Shown here one piece after another: positions 28,282-37,175 of a stretch of 64,000 bases of DNA. Source of the stretch: Planctomycetota bacterium (GTDB lineage Bacteria > Planctomycetota > UBA8742 > UBA2392). The notes beneath the pieces were generated by a model, which did no database searches, had not been told where the DNA came from, and saw nothing but the letters and a program-made list of their open reading frames with translations. The position numbers were made by a program, and so were the translations under genes. Each line of letters begins with the position of its first letter. The stretch's first letter is position 1. The stretch lies in assembly GCA_019186845.1 (NCBI GenBank), contig JABARW010000007.1, positions 1,386-65,385 of the forward strand, read 5' to 3'.

Positions 28282-28390
28282 CCGGCGGGCGGCGCAAAAC
28301 CGTGCCTCCGGACCTCCGGCACGGCGTGACCATGCCGTGACGGCCAAAACACCCTGCGCATAAGCTTGGCAGGGGCGGCCATTTATCCTC

Positions 28391-28418
28391 TTGACCTGCC
28401 TAGCCCGACCGCTATCTT
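28391..28418 (+). promoter_or_regulatory. putative sigma70-type promoter for the 28497.. gene cluster
   Basis: TTGACC-N16-TATCTT, about 80 nt upstream of the GTG at 28497. Confidence 0.35.
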
Positions 28419-28496
28419 TCGTTTCTCACCCCCAGAGAAGCACATCATTCAACCAGGCGCGGTTGGGCGCTTGCTGTTTGCGTGTAGGAGTTTCGC

Positions 28497-29381
28497 GTGC
28501 ATATCGCCACCAAGGTGCTGATCATCGTCGTACTGCTGCTGAGCTTGATCCTGAGCCAGTATGTGGCTGTCGCGCTTGCCGGCAACGTGCAGTGGCGCGA
28601 GCGCTACGAATGGGAAGTGGCGGCGCGCCACCGCGACAAGGACCGCCTCGAGGCGGCCTACCGCGAGTATCTGGCAGCCCGCCACAAGAATCGCGAGGAC
28701 AAGGCCGAGCAGAGTGCCGAACTGGCCAAGCTCAACGCGTCGCGCGCGACCATGGAGTCCTGGCAGGCGGACTCTGCCCTGGCCCGGAGCGACGTGGAAG
28801 CCCGCGCCCAGGAACTTGAAGACGCCGTTCGCGACTTCCCTTCCATTACCCGCGACTATGACAACGAAGTCGTCTCCGTGCTTCAGGCCGCCGTTGCCGA
28901 GCGCACGGGCAAGAAGCGCGAACTGTTCACCGAGCGCGGCGCGCTGCTCAAGCAGGTGGCCACCGCCCACAGCCTTTATGCCCGCCACCAGGAAGACTAT
29001 CTGCGCATGGAGTTCCAGCAGTTCGTGCTGCAGGAAGAGCTGGAGCGCCGCCTCGACATGCGCGCCCGTTATCGCTCCCTGCGCCCCGACCTGCAGGCGG
29101 ACCTTGGCGAAAACGGCCCCGTGATTTTCGCCCGTGTGGTGTGGTCCACCCCCACCAGCCTCCAGCTCAACAAGGGCCGCCGCGATGGCGTCGAACTGTT
29201 CCAGAAGTACACGATCACGCGAAACGGCGTGACCGTGGCTGTGGTCAACGTCGTGGAAGTCCAGAACGAAACCTGTGAATGCACCATTGAGGATGTTCCG
29301 AACCGTCAGGTGCTGCCCCGCGAAGGCGACGAGGCTGTCACCCGCCTGTTCATGGCGCGCCTGACGGGCCGACGCCCCTAG
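28497..29381 (+). CDS. bitopic membrane protein: TM + coiled coil + small C-terminal beta domain (paralog 1)
   Basis: GTG start preceded by AGGAG. TM segment KVLIIVVLLLSLILSQYVAVALAG. The C-terminus carries LQLNKGRRDGVELFQKYTITRNGVTVAVVNVVEV. Confidence 0.7.
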   Translation: MHIATKVLIIVVLLLSLILSQYVAVALAGNVQWRERYEWEVAARHRDKDRLEAAYREYLAARHKNREDKAEQSAELAKLNASRATMESWQADSALARSDVEARAQELEDAVRDFPSITRDYDNEVVSVLQAAVAERTGKKRELFTERGALLKQVATAHSLYARHQEDYLRMEFQQFVLQEELERRLDMRARYRSLRPDLQADLGENGPVIFARVVWSTPTSLQLNKGRRDGVELFQKYTITRNGVTVAVVNVVEVQNETCECTIEDVPNRQVLPREGDEAVTRLFMARLTGRRP

Positions 29382-29457
29382 GCGGAAGTCTGAAACTCTG
29401 AAGTGCATGGCACAGTCGATCACTTGCAGTGCAGCGCTGGAAACCTGAGGAACAACG

Positions 29458-30513
29458 ATGGGCGTATTCTCCCGAACGATGCTGATGCTCGCCGTCGCGT
29501 GGCTTGTCGGCCTGAATGTGGCGTTCATCTTCATGCATATGGACCCCGAGCCCGACTGGCGTGACAAGTGGGTCGCCGAGGCCAACATCCGCCGCGCCAT
29601 AGCCTACCGCTATGTCGACCTCAACGGCGGCATTGTGGGCGAGCGCGGCCACGACAAGGGCCTGAACTCGGCCGATGCCCAGCTTGCCCCTGAAAGCCTG
29701 GGGGGCGCGCCCTACGGCCTGCCGGACGAAGGCGGCTCGGGCGGCTCCGAAGATCCGCTGCCCGGCTCCAAGATTGACAAGCGCCACAGCCTCATTGAGC
29801 TCGAGCGCAACCAGGGCGGCGAAGCCAAGCGTGCCCACCTTGCAAGCGTGGCCGAAATCAACAGCCAGCTGGCAACGCTGGAAAAGCAGATCGCGGAAAA
29901 CGGCCGCGCCTGGCGCAAGGCCCTGAACCGCTTCAGCGAGTCGCGCGACCGCGCCCGTCTGTTTGGCGCGGAGATGCAGGCTTTCCGCTACATCATCGCG
30001 AGTTTCCAGCAGAAGGTGTTCAACCTCGACTATGAAATCCAGCGCGTGATCATCGAGCGTGATGCCCTGACGGCCGAACTGGCCCAGGTCAAGAACGACA
30101 TCGAGCGTATCAAGAAGCAGGAAACGGAGCTGGAAGACGTCTACTACCAGCTCTCCCGCAACTACACCAACACGGTCAAGACGCTGGCCATGTACGAGCA
30201 GATCGACCCCAACATCCGCCGTCTCGCCGACATGTCCGGCCGCACCTGGCTGCAGGGCCGCGTCATGGCCGTTGGAGATGACCCGCGCACGGGCGTCGTC
30301 ACCATCAGCATCGGCAAGCAGGCGGGCGTGGAGTTCAACCAGCTCTTTACCATTCACCGCGCAGGCAAGGTCATCGGCCGCATGCGCGTGGAGCAGATCG
30401 AGGACAACTACTCCGTGGGCCGCCTGACGGACGAGTTCCGCGGCAAGGTCACCGTGCTCGAGAATGACTCCATCAAGAGCGCGGCCACCTTTGGCTCCGC
30501 GGCAGTTCGGTAG
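29458..30513 (+). CDS. bitopic membrane protein: TM + coiled coil + small C-terminal beta domain (paralog 2)
   Basis: RBS GAGGA. TM segment MLMLAVAWLVGLNVAFIFM. Long coiled coil. The C-terminus carries VTISIGKQAGVEFNQLFTIHRAGKVIGRMRVEQI. Confidence 0.7.
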   Translation: MGVFSRTMLMLAVAWLVGLNVAFIFMHMDPEPDWRDKWVAEANIRRAIAYRYVDLNGGIVGERGHDKGLNSADAQLAPESLGGAPYGLPDEGGSGGSEDPLPGSKIDKRHSLIELERNQGGEAKRAHLASVAEINSQLATLEKQIAENGRAWRKALNRFSESRDRARLFGAEMQAFRYIIASFQQKVFNLDYEIQRVIIERDALTAELAQVKNDIERIKKQETELEDVYYQLSRNYTNTVKTLAMYEQIDPNIRRLADMSGRTWLQGRVMAVGDDPRTGVVTISIGKQAGVEFNQLFTIHRAGKVIGRMRVEQIEDNYSVGRLTDEFRGKVTVLENDSIKSAATFGSAAVR

Positions 30514-30588
30514 CAGTCTGGCTGACGCAGGAACTATTGAAAGTTTTCGGGCCTCGCCCGCTGAATCGCAAATCAGGAAGAGAAGACC

Positions 30589-31233
30589 ATGGCCAAGAAG
30601 CCGCCACCCGCAGGAAAAGTTCCGCCTCCCGGAGCCGCAGGCGCCCCGGTGCAGAATGAGGCCGTCGGCAAGTTCGACAAGTTCGCCCTCTTCGGCCTGA
30701 CCCTCCCGGCCACCGTGCTGGCTCTGACGGCGCTGGTACTGGCGGTCAGCTACACCCACCAGCACATGGATACGGGCTTCCTTGGCTTCCTGCCGGGCCC
30801 CAAGAAGATTACTGACTATGAGTCCGCGGGGCCCAAGGGCCTGAACAAGGCGGACAACGTCCACATCATCGGCCTGGAGAGCCAGAACTACATCGGCCGC
30901 CTCCAGGAAGGTGACGTCGATGTCGCGGTCTTTGATGCAGGCTCGCGCCACGGCGTTCAACTGGGCGACGTATTCACGGTCAAGGCCCAGGGCGACGCGG
31001 CAGTCCGGCTTGAGTTCGTGGTGTTTGACCTGCAGCGTGATACCAGTCGCGCCTATATTCTGCTCGGCCAGGACGTCTCGGCTTCCAATGGCGAGCGCAA
31101 GCACTCCCTCGCGCTCTCCAGCATGAAGACCTTGATCGGGGCCACAGAAGGCGCCCTGAACGTCGAGGTCCAGCGCAAGTGGGCCGACCAGATTGTGCGC
31201 CGTCACGTCGAGGCTCGCTCGAACAAGCCCTGA
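30589..31233 (+). CDS. bitopic membrane protein: Pro-rich N-terminus + TM + small beta domain (paralog 3)
   Basis: MAKKPPPAGKVPPPGAAG..., TM segment FALFGLTLPATVLALTALVLAV, then VAVFDAGSRHGVQLGDVFTVKAQGDAAVRLEF. Confidence 0.65.
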   Translation: MAKKPPPAGKVPPPGAAGAPVQNEAVGKFDKFALFGLTLPATVLALTALVLAVSYTHQHMDTGFLGFLPGPKKITDYESAGPKGLNKADNVHIIGLESQNYIGRLQEGDVDVAVFDAGSRHGVQLGDVFTVKAQGDAAVRLEFVVFDLQRDTSRAYILLGQDVSASNGERKHSLALSSMKTLIGATEGALNVEVQRKWADQIVRRHVEARSNKP

Positions 31234-31248
31234 CCTGCGTGAACTCCC

Positions 31249-31281
31249 GGCGCCGCCTCTTCTGGGGCGGCGCTTCTTTTT
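31249..31281 (+). terminator. intrinsic terminator after paralog 3
   Basis: Stem ggcgccgcc / ggcggcgct with an 8-nt loop, followed by TTCTTTTT. Confidence 0.75.
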
Positions 31282-31497
31282 CATCCCCGAAATCCTGCGT
31301 GAGGATTGGCAATGCCCGCCGCACTAGAGCCCGTGCCGGCAGCGCGGTCCTGATTGAACTGAACGGGCCCCGTGGTTTTTCTGGCCATTGGGGCCGGCCA
31401 CCGCGTAATAGGCTTGGGGCAGGACATTTCAGAAGGGCCGCACTTCCGGGGCCGAAGGTCACCGCTAACCGCAAACAAGGTCAAGAGAGGGTTTCGC

Positions 31498-32673
31498 ATG
31501 CCGCAGATGCGATTGAAGCTTGCCGCATTGTCCGTGCTCGCGCTGGGACTCAGCGCAGCCACCATAACGCTTGAAGCCGCGCCGGCCCAGGCGCAGGAAT
31601 TTCCAACTTTGAAGAAGCTTCAGGCCGAGCGCGTGGCGCTGGCCCGGAAGCTGACACCCAGCGTGGTGGCCGTCGCGGACAGCCTTCCCGACCTGAGCAA
31701 CCCCCAGGCCACCGGTCTGGCGCAGGGCGCAGCGTTTGCGGCTTCGGGCTTTGTGGTGGACGAAGAGTACGTCGTGACGAACTTCGAGTCCGCGCCCACG
31801 AACAACCTGGAGCCCGGTTCTTCCTGCTGGCTGATGGCCCATGACGGCAAGGAGTTCACGGGCAAGGTGGTCGGCAAGGACAAGCGCAACCTCATGCTTC
31901 TGGTCAAGATGGACGAAGGTCACCCCAAGCTGCCTTCCCTGAAGCTGGCCAACTCCGACAAGGTGGAAGTCGGCTCCACGGCGCTGGCTCTGGGCAACAC
32001 GCTGGACAGCCTGCTCATCGACCGCCAGATCAGCTTTTCCTTTGGAACGGTTTCGGGCTTCTACCGCTTTGAACCCATCGGTGTGCTCAATCCCGACGAA
32101 GGCGGCGACCCCTACCGCGGCAACGTATTCGAGGTCGATACGGCCATCCACGCCGGCGACCACGGCGGACCCATCTGCAACCTGGACGGCGAAGTCATCG
32201 CCATGATGTGCCCCCACTGGATGGCCGGCCGCCACATGGGCTGCGCCGTACCCTCCAACCAGATTGCCGCGGTGCTGCCGCAGCTCAAGAAGGGTGTCAA
32301 GGAAGACGACCTGGCTCAGGCCACGCTCGGCTTCAAGGCCAAGTACTCGAAGGAAGCGGGCGCCATCATCGTCACCGACGTAACGCCCGGCGGACCTGCC
32401 GAGAAGGCGGGCATGAAGAACGGCATGCACCTCATGCGGGTAGACAACTACAAGATTCCCAGCATGCCGCGGCTGAAGGAAATGCTGGGCATCGGATTCA
32501 TCGAGCGGGAAGTGGAGATTGACGGCGGCTTTGGCCGCACGCGCAAGACCAAGGTGGCCGTGAGCTATGGCCTGCCCATCGGTACGCACATCCAGCTCAC
32601 GGTGAAGGATGCCGAGAGCGGGCGGGAAAAGACGGTGGACCTGATCACGGTCCAGAAGGAAGACGACTTCTAA
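31498..32673 (+). CDS. HtrA/DegP-like trypsin-fold + PDZ protein lacking the catalytic triad (pseudoprotease)
   Basis: Signal peptide MPQMRLKLAALSVLALGLSAATITLEAAPAQA. At the His position VVTNFES has Phe. At the Asp position KRNLMLLVKM has Asn. At the Ser position HAGDHGGP replaces GNSGGP. One PDZ domain (IIVTDVTPGGPAEKAGMKNGM). Confidence 0.75.
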   Translation: MPQMRLKLAALSVLALGLSAATITLEAAPAQAQEFPTLKKLQAERVALARKLTPSVVAVADSLPDLSNPQATGLAQGAAFAASGFVVDEEYVVTNFESAPTNNLEPGSSCWLMAHDGKEFTGKVVGKDKRNLMLLVKMDEGHPKLPSLKLANSDKVEVGSTALALGNTLDSLLIDRQISFSFGTVSGFYRFEPIGVLNPDEGGDPYRGNVFEVDTAIHAGDHGGPICNLDGEVIAMMCPHWMAGRHMGCAVPSNQIAAVLPQLKKGVKEDDLAQATLGFKAKYSKEAGAIIVTDVTPGGPAEKAGMKNGMHLMRVDNYKIPSMPRLKEMLGIGFIEREVEIDGGFGRTRKTKVAVSYGLPIGTHIQLTVKDAESGREKTVDLITVQKEDDF

Positions 32674-32724
32674 CCTCGAAACTGGTCCCGACATCACTCC
32701 CGGACAGAACGACAAAGAACGATC

Positions 32725-33816
32725 ATGAAAACCAAGTTCACAACCTTCGCACTGCTTCTGGCCCTGGGCCTGTCGGCGGCGGCACTCCCGGCCCAGGAGC
32801 CTGTGCTGCACAAAGAGCTCGAGGCCCAGCGCATCAAGGTGGCCAAGTCCATGGCCAAGTTCACGGTCTCGGTCGAAATCGATTACGACCACGAGGCCGT
32901 GCGCCCGCCCACGCCGCGTACCCCGCGGCTGCCCATTCCCGGCATGGGCGGCGAGGACCCCAATGACCCCTTCCAGCGCTATGACATCGGGCCCTTCTCG
33001 GGCCTGATCGTGGGCAAGAACCACGTGTTGATCTCTGATCGCACCCTGGGCGACTTCAACACGACGGGGGCGGGCCCGGGCGTTGAGGGCGTGACCGTTA
33101 CGCTGCCCAGTGGCGACCGCTACCCGGCCAAGGTCGTCGGCCGTCACCAGGAGATTGACCTCGCCCTGCTCGAGATCAGCGCCGACCTGAGCACCAGCAT
33201 AGACGTCGCCATTGCCACCTTTCCCGCCGATGAGCTGAAGCCCGAGCGCGGCCAGCAGGTCTTCGTCGTGGGGCGCGGGCAGAACCCGCTGCGCGTGCTG
33301 GTCAATGACGGTATTGTCAGCGCCATTGACCGTGAGGCGCGCAAGGCCTTCCAACTCGATGCCCGCATCGGAAACGCCACTCTGGGCGCGCCCGTGGCCG
33401 ACAACGACGGAAGGATCATCGGCATGGTCACGCTGCACAACCACGAAACGTTCGGGCAGGCCTCGGGCGTGAGCTACGCGGCCTACATGCACGAAGTAAA
33501 GCGCGCCTATGCGCTGATGAAGGAAGGCAAGTTCGTCGAGCGGCCCAAGGCCCCCTTCATGGGCATTGGCGCCAACAAGAAGTGGCCCGACAAGCCGGGC
33601 CTCGAAGTAGGCAACGTGGTTTCAGGATCCGGTGCGGAGAAGGCCGGCATCCGCACGGGCGACATCATCCTCAAGGTGGACGATGCCGAGATGAACGACG
33701 TGCCGGACCTGATTGCCCACATCGCCGGCCACAAGGTGGGCGATGTGCTTACCGTGAAGCTGCTGCGCGGCGAAAAGGAAATGGACGTCAAGGTTACCCT
33801 TGGCCCCAGGCCCTAG
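32725..33816 (+). CDS. HtrA/DegP-like trypsin-fold + PDZ protein lacking catalytic His and Ser (pseudoprotease)
   Basis: Signal peptide MKTKFTTFALLLALGLSAAALPAQE. VLISDRTL replaces LTNxHV. EIDLALLEI keeps the Asp. IGNATLGAPV replaces NPGNSGGPL. One PDZ domain (EVGNVVSGSGAEKAGIRTGD). Confidence 0.75.
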   Translation: MKTKFTTFALLLALGLSAAALPAQEPVLHKELEAQRIKVAKSMAKFTVSVEIDYDHEAVRPPTPRTPRLPIPGMGGEDPNDPFQRYDIGPFSGLIVGKNHVLISDRTLGDFNTTGAGPGVEGVTVTLPSGDRYPAKVVGRHQEIDLALLEISADLSTSIDVAIATFPADELKPERGQQVFVVGRGQNPLRVLVNDGIVSAIDREARKAFQLDARIGNATLGAPVADNDGRIIGMVTLHNHETFGQASGVSYAAYMHEVKRAYALMKEGKFVERPKAPFMGIGANKKWPDKPGLEVGNVVSGSGAEKAGIRTGDIILKVDDAEMNDVPDLIAHIAGHKVGDVLTVKLLRGEKEMDVKVTLGPRP

Positions 33817-33856
33817 ACACTCAAACACTCAACCCACTCCAGTTGCGGAGCGAATC

Positions 33857-35251
33857 ATGAAGAAGTTGATGGCAGCACTTGCACTCTCGCTTTTCATCGG
33901 CGGGTTTGCCGCGCAGGCGCAGGACAAGAAGACGTCGGCGCCCTCGACCAGCATCGAGAAGATTGACCGTGAAACGCGCGACCTGGTCAAAAAGGTCTGG
34001 CCCGCGTTCGTGCACATCGGCGGCGGCTCCGGCGTGTGCATCAGCGAGGACGGCTACTTCCTGACCAACCACCACGTTTACAACGACGCCCCCAAGGGCA
34101 TGGTGGCCAAGACCTCGGTGCGCATGGCCGGCAACTCGCGCAAGTTCACGGCCATCCCCGTGGGAGCTGACCCGCGCGGCGACATCGTGCTGGGCAAGAT
34201 CGTGCTGGAGAAGGGCGAGAAGGTGCCCTTTGCCAAGCTGGCGGACAGCGAAAAGGTCCAGATTGGCGACCTTTGCCTGAGCATCGGCGACCCCTTCCTG
34301 CTCTCGGGAGGCGGCTCCGAGCCGACCATCACCCTGGGCACTGTGACCGCGAAGAACCGCTTCCAGGGCGGCTACTGCGACTGCATCCAGATTGACACGG
34401 CCATCAACCCCGGCAACTCGGGCGGCCCCTCCTTCAACATGGACGGCGAAATCATCGGCATCAACGGCCGTAACATCGCCAGCCACGGCAAGCGCTTCAA
34501 TACGGGCGCGGGCTACGCCATCCCCGCAAACCAGATCCGGCACTTCATGGACGCGCTGAAGGCCCAGGAAGGCGGCGCCATCGTTGTTCGCCATGGCCTC
34601 GTCAGCGGCCTGAAGATTTCGCTGGGCGCCAAGGCCGAGGGCGCGGTGGTGGAGGCCGTCGAGCCCGAGACCGAGGCCTCTGACGCCGGCTTTCAGGCGG
34701 GCGACGTCATCGTCAAGATGGACGATTCCGTCATCTTCAACGCCTTCCGCTATTACGGCGTCGTCGGGACCAAGCCTCGCGGCAGCACCTTCAAGTTCAT
34801 GGTCAAGCGCGGCGACAAAACGGTCGAACTCAGCGCCCGCAACGACCTGCCCACGGAATCCGGCCAGTTCGGTACCATCCCGCGCAGCGATGAAGAAGCC
34901 CGCCGCGACGGTGGCGGCGGCATTGCCGGCATGATGGACCCCTTCAAACTCCCCACAGCCAAGAGTTCCCTGGGCATCGCCAACGGCGGCTGGAAGCGCA
35001 ACCCGGACCGCAAGGTGGGCGGCTTCATCATGCTCAAGTTCGCCAAGGTGGGCGGTGAACAGAGCCCGCTGGAGGCCGCCGGCCTTCAGGTCAATGACAT
35101 CCTCATCAGCATTGGCGGGCGCAGGATTCACTTCCTTTGCGACGTGAGCGATATCCTCATCTCCGTGGACGCCGGTACCCCCCTGCTCGTCAAATATATC
35201 CGCGACGGTCAGGAAGCCGAAGTCACCGTCATCACCGCCGCCAGGCCTTGA
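33857..35251 (+). CDS. HtrA/DegP family serine protease with two PDZ domains (intact triad)
   Basis: Signal peptide MKKLMAALALSLFIGGFAAQA. GYFLTNHHV (His), RGDIVLGKI (Asp) and DTAINPGNSGGP (Ser). Two PDZ-like segments. Confidence 0.85.
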   Translation: MKKLMAALALSLFIGGFAAQAQDKKTSAPSTSIEKIDRETRDLVKKVWPAFVHIGGGSGVCISEDGYFLTNHHVYNDAPKGMVAKTSVRMAGNSRKFTAIPVGADPRGDIVLGKIVLEKGEKVPFAKLADSEKVQIGDLCLSIGDPFLLSGGGSEPTITLGTVTAKNRFQGGYCDCIQIDTAINPGNSGGPSFNMDGEIIGINGRNIASHGKRFNTGAGYAIPANQIRHFMDALKAQEGGAIVVRHGLVSGLKISLGAKAEGAVVEAVEPETEASDAGFQAGDVIVKMDDSVIFNAFRYYGVVGTKPRGSTFKFMVKRGDKTVELSARNDLPTESGQFGTIPRSDEEARRDGGGGIAGMMDPFKLPTAKSSLGIANGGWKRNPDRKVGGFIMLKFAKVGGEQSPLEAAGLQVNDILISIGGRRIHFLCDVSDILISVDAGTPLLVKYIRDGQEAEVTVITAARP

Positions 35252-35260
35252 CCCCATCAA

Positions 35261-35303
35261 ATGCATACGGGCGCGGCATGTCGCCGCGCCCGTATGCATT
35301 TTT
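35261..35303 (+). terminator. strong intrinsic terminator between the convergent htrA-like and ubiD-like genes
   Basis: Perfect 17-bp stem atgcatacgggcgcggc / gccgcgcccgtatgcat with a 5-nt loop, followed by TTTT. Confidence 0.85.
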
Positions 35304-35309
35304 CGCCTT

Positions 35310-37163
35310 TCAAACCGCAAGCCCGTGCCTTCCCAGCAGTTCACGGACCCGGGCCAGAACCTCCGGCGCATGGGTCTGTTTGCGGGGCCAGTCTCGGGCA
35401 AAACCGTCACGGCTGTCCTTGCTCGTGGCGTCAATCACCAGGCGGCCGGTGTGGCGCGCCAGTCTGACGCGGCCGGAAGACTCGGCCTGAGGGCGCTCAT
35501 CAAAGATGCAGTCCCGCTCGGGGTCCATGTTCGCCAGGGCGGCCCACACCAGTTCCTCGCCGCTGCCGCGCGTCACCAGCCCCGCCTCCAGTACCACAAT
35601 GGGGGGCAAGGGGGCATCCTTGGCCCGCTGGAACAGCTCCCGGGCCAACTCGTGCGCCTGATAGCCGCGCTGCTTCTGAATCTCCAGCACGTGAACGCCG
35701 CCGACTTCCCAGTGGCCGGCCAGGCCCAGGCCGTCGAGCGGCGGCATGGCCGCCGGACCCTCAGAGGCCAGGAAAAGCCCCGTCAGCTCTTCGCCGGGAA
35801 GCTTGCGGGTGGCATCGAGGCTGACCTTGCTGCCGAAGTGAAGGGCGCGGGTGGCGTGGTCCAGGGTCTCGGTGGGCCCCAGCACAAACTCGACATCGCG
35901 TGCAAAGTTGACACGCTCAAGGATATGGCGCGCCAGGGCCGGCTCGTCGGTCATGTCAGGCGCGGTCTCATCGACCACGCAGATCACCTTGGTGAACATG
36001 GCCTGACCCAGACCCCAGACGGCGTGGGCCACTTTGCGGGCCTGACCGGGGTAGCTCTTGCGGATTTTGACCAGCATGAGGTTGTGGGCCACGCCGGCAA
36101 AGGGCAGGCGATAATCGATGACTTCGGGGATGGTCTGCTGCATCAGGGGCAGGAACAGGCGCTCAATCGCCCGCGCCATCCATGAATCCTCCTGGGGGGG
36201 CGGTCCCACGACGGTGGCAAAGTAGACGGGCTCGCGCCGCCGCGTAATGGCAGTGACGTGGAATGTGGGGTAGTCGTCCGCCAGCGAGTAAAAGCCCGTA
36301 TGGTCGCCAAAGGGGCCTTCGCGGCGCTTTTCGTCGATGGCCACGTAGCCCTCGATCACGAAGTCGGCGCTCGCCGGCACCTGGAGGTTTACGGTCTTGC
36401 ACTGCACCATCTCGACGGGCCGGCCCTGCAGAAAGCCCGCCAGGATCATCTCGTCCAGCCCCGGGGGCAGCGGCAGCACGGCCGAAAACGTGACCGCGGG
36501 GGCTCCACCGATGGCAATCGCGGCCTCCAGACGGTCCTTGCCGGCGCGTTTGGCCTCGCGCATGTGTTCGGCGGCCGTGTGGTGCGTGTGCACGTGAAAG
36601 CCCGTGGTGCGCCGATCGTAGAGCTGGATGCGGTACATGCCGCAGTTGCGCTTGCCGTCGCGCGGCGAGTGCGTGAACACCAGCGGAAAGGTGATGAAGG
36701 GTCCGCCGTCTTCCGGCCATGTTCTGAGTACGGGAAGTATTGACAAGTCAATGGCATCCCCCGTATGCACAACTTCCTGGCAGGGAGCCCGCTTCACATA
36801 ACGCGGGAAGTAGCCCGCAAGCTGGGAAAGCAGTGGCAGGGCCTTGAGTTTGTCCATCAGGCTCTTGCGCGGCGCCTGCAGCAGTTCGAGAAGTTCGGCC
36901 AGTCGGTGCTTCAGGCCCTCAAAGTGTTCGACGCCGCACACCAGCGAGAGTCGCCTCTCGCTGCCCAGGGCATTGATCAGCACGGGCACGCCGGCGCCCC
37001 GCACGTTGGAAAACAGCAGCGCGGGGCCGCCCCTGGGCAGCTTGGAGACACGGTCGGCCGCACAGGCGATTTCCTGGTCCGTCGAAACGGCATCGCTGAT
37101 TTCGACGAGTTCCTTGCGGCGCTTGAGGTCGGCGATGAAGGAGCGCAAATCGGGATAGGGCAT
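35310..37163 (-). CDS. UbiD family decarboxylase (probable menaquinone-biosynthesis decarboxylase)
   Basis: 617 aa. MPYPDLRSFIADLKRRKELVEI..., GGPFITFPLVFT and EGPFGDHTGFYS are UbiD-family motifs. Confidence 0.85.
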   Translation of the reverse strand: MPYPDLRSFIADLKRRKELVEISDAVSTDQEIACAADRVSKLPRGGPALLFSNVRGAGVPVLINALGSERRLSLVCGVEHFEGLKHRLAELLELLQAPRKSLMDKLKALPLLSQLAGYFPRYVKRAPCQEVVHTGDAIDLSILPVLRTWPEDGGPFITFPLVFTHSPRDGKRNCGMYRIQLYDRRTTGFHVHTHHTAAEHMREAKRAGKDRLEAAIAIGGAPAVTFSAVLPLPPGLDEMILAGFLQGRPVEMVQCKTVNLQVPASADFVIEGYVAIDEKRREGPFGDHTGFYSLADDYPTFHVTAITRRREPVYFATVVGPPPQEDSWMARAIERLFLPLMQQTIPEVIDYRLPFAGVAHNLMLVKIRKSYPGQARKVAHAVWGLGQAMFTKVICVVDETAPDMTDEPALARHILERVNFARDVEFVLGPTETLDHATRALHFGSKVSLDATRKLPGEELTGLFLASEGPAAMPPLDGLGLAGHWEVGGVHVLEIQKQRGYQAHELARELFQRAKDAPLPPIVVLEAGLVTRGSGEELVWAALANMDPERDCIFDERPQAESSGRVRLARHTGRLVIDATSKDSRDGFARDWPRKQTHAPEVLARVRELLGRHGLAV

Positions 37164-37175
37164 GGCGTGCTTTGG

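Noticed and set aside
28300-28345. Overlapping GC-rich stems (ccgtgcc...ggcacgg, cacggc...gccgtg) in the divergent rpsB / 28497 intergenic region.
   Set aside because: They could be part of the rpsB upstream region or mere GC-rich palindromes. I recognise no known motif and cannot assess conservation without comparison, so no feature was called.
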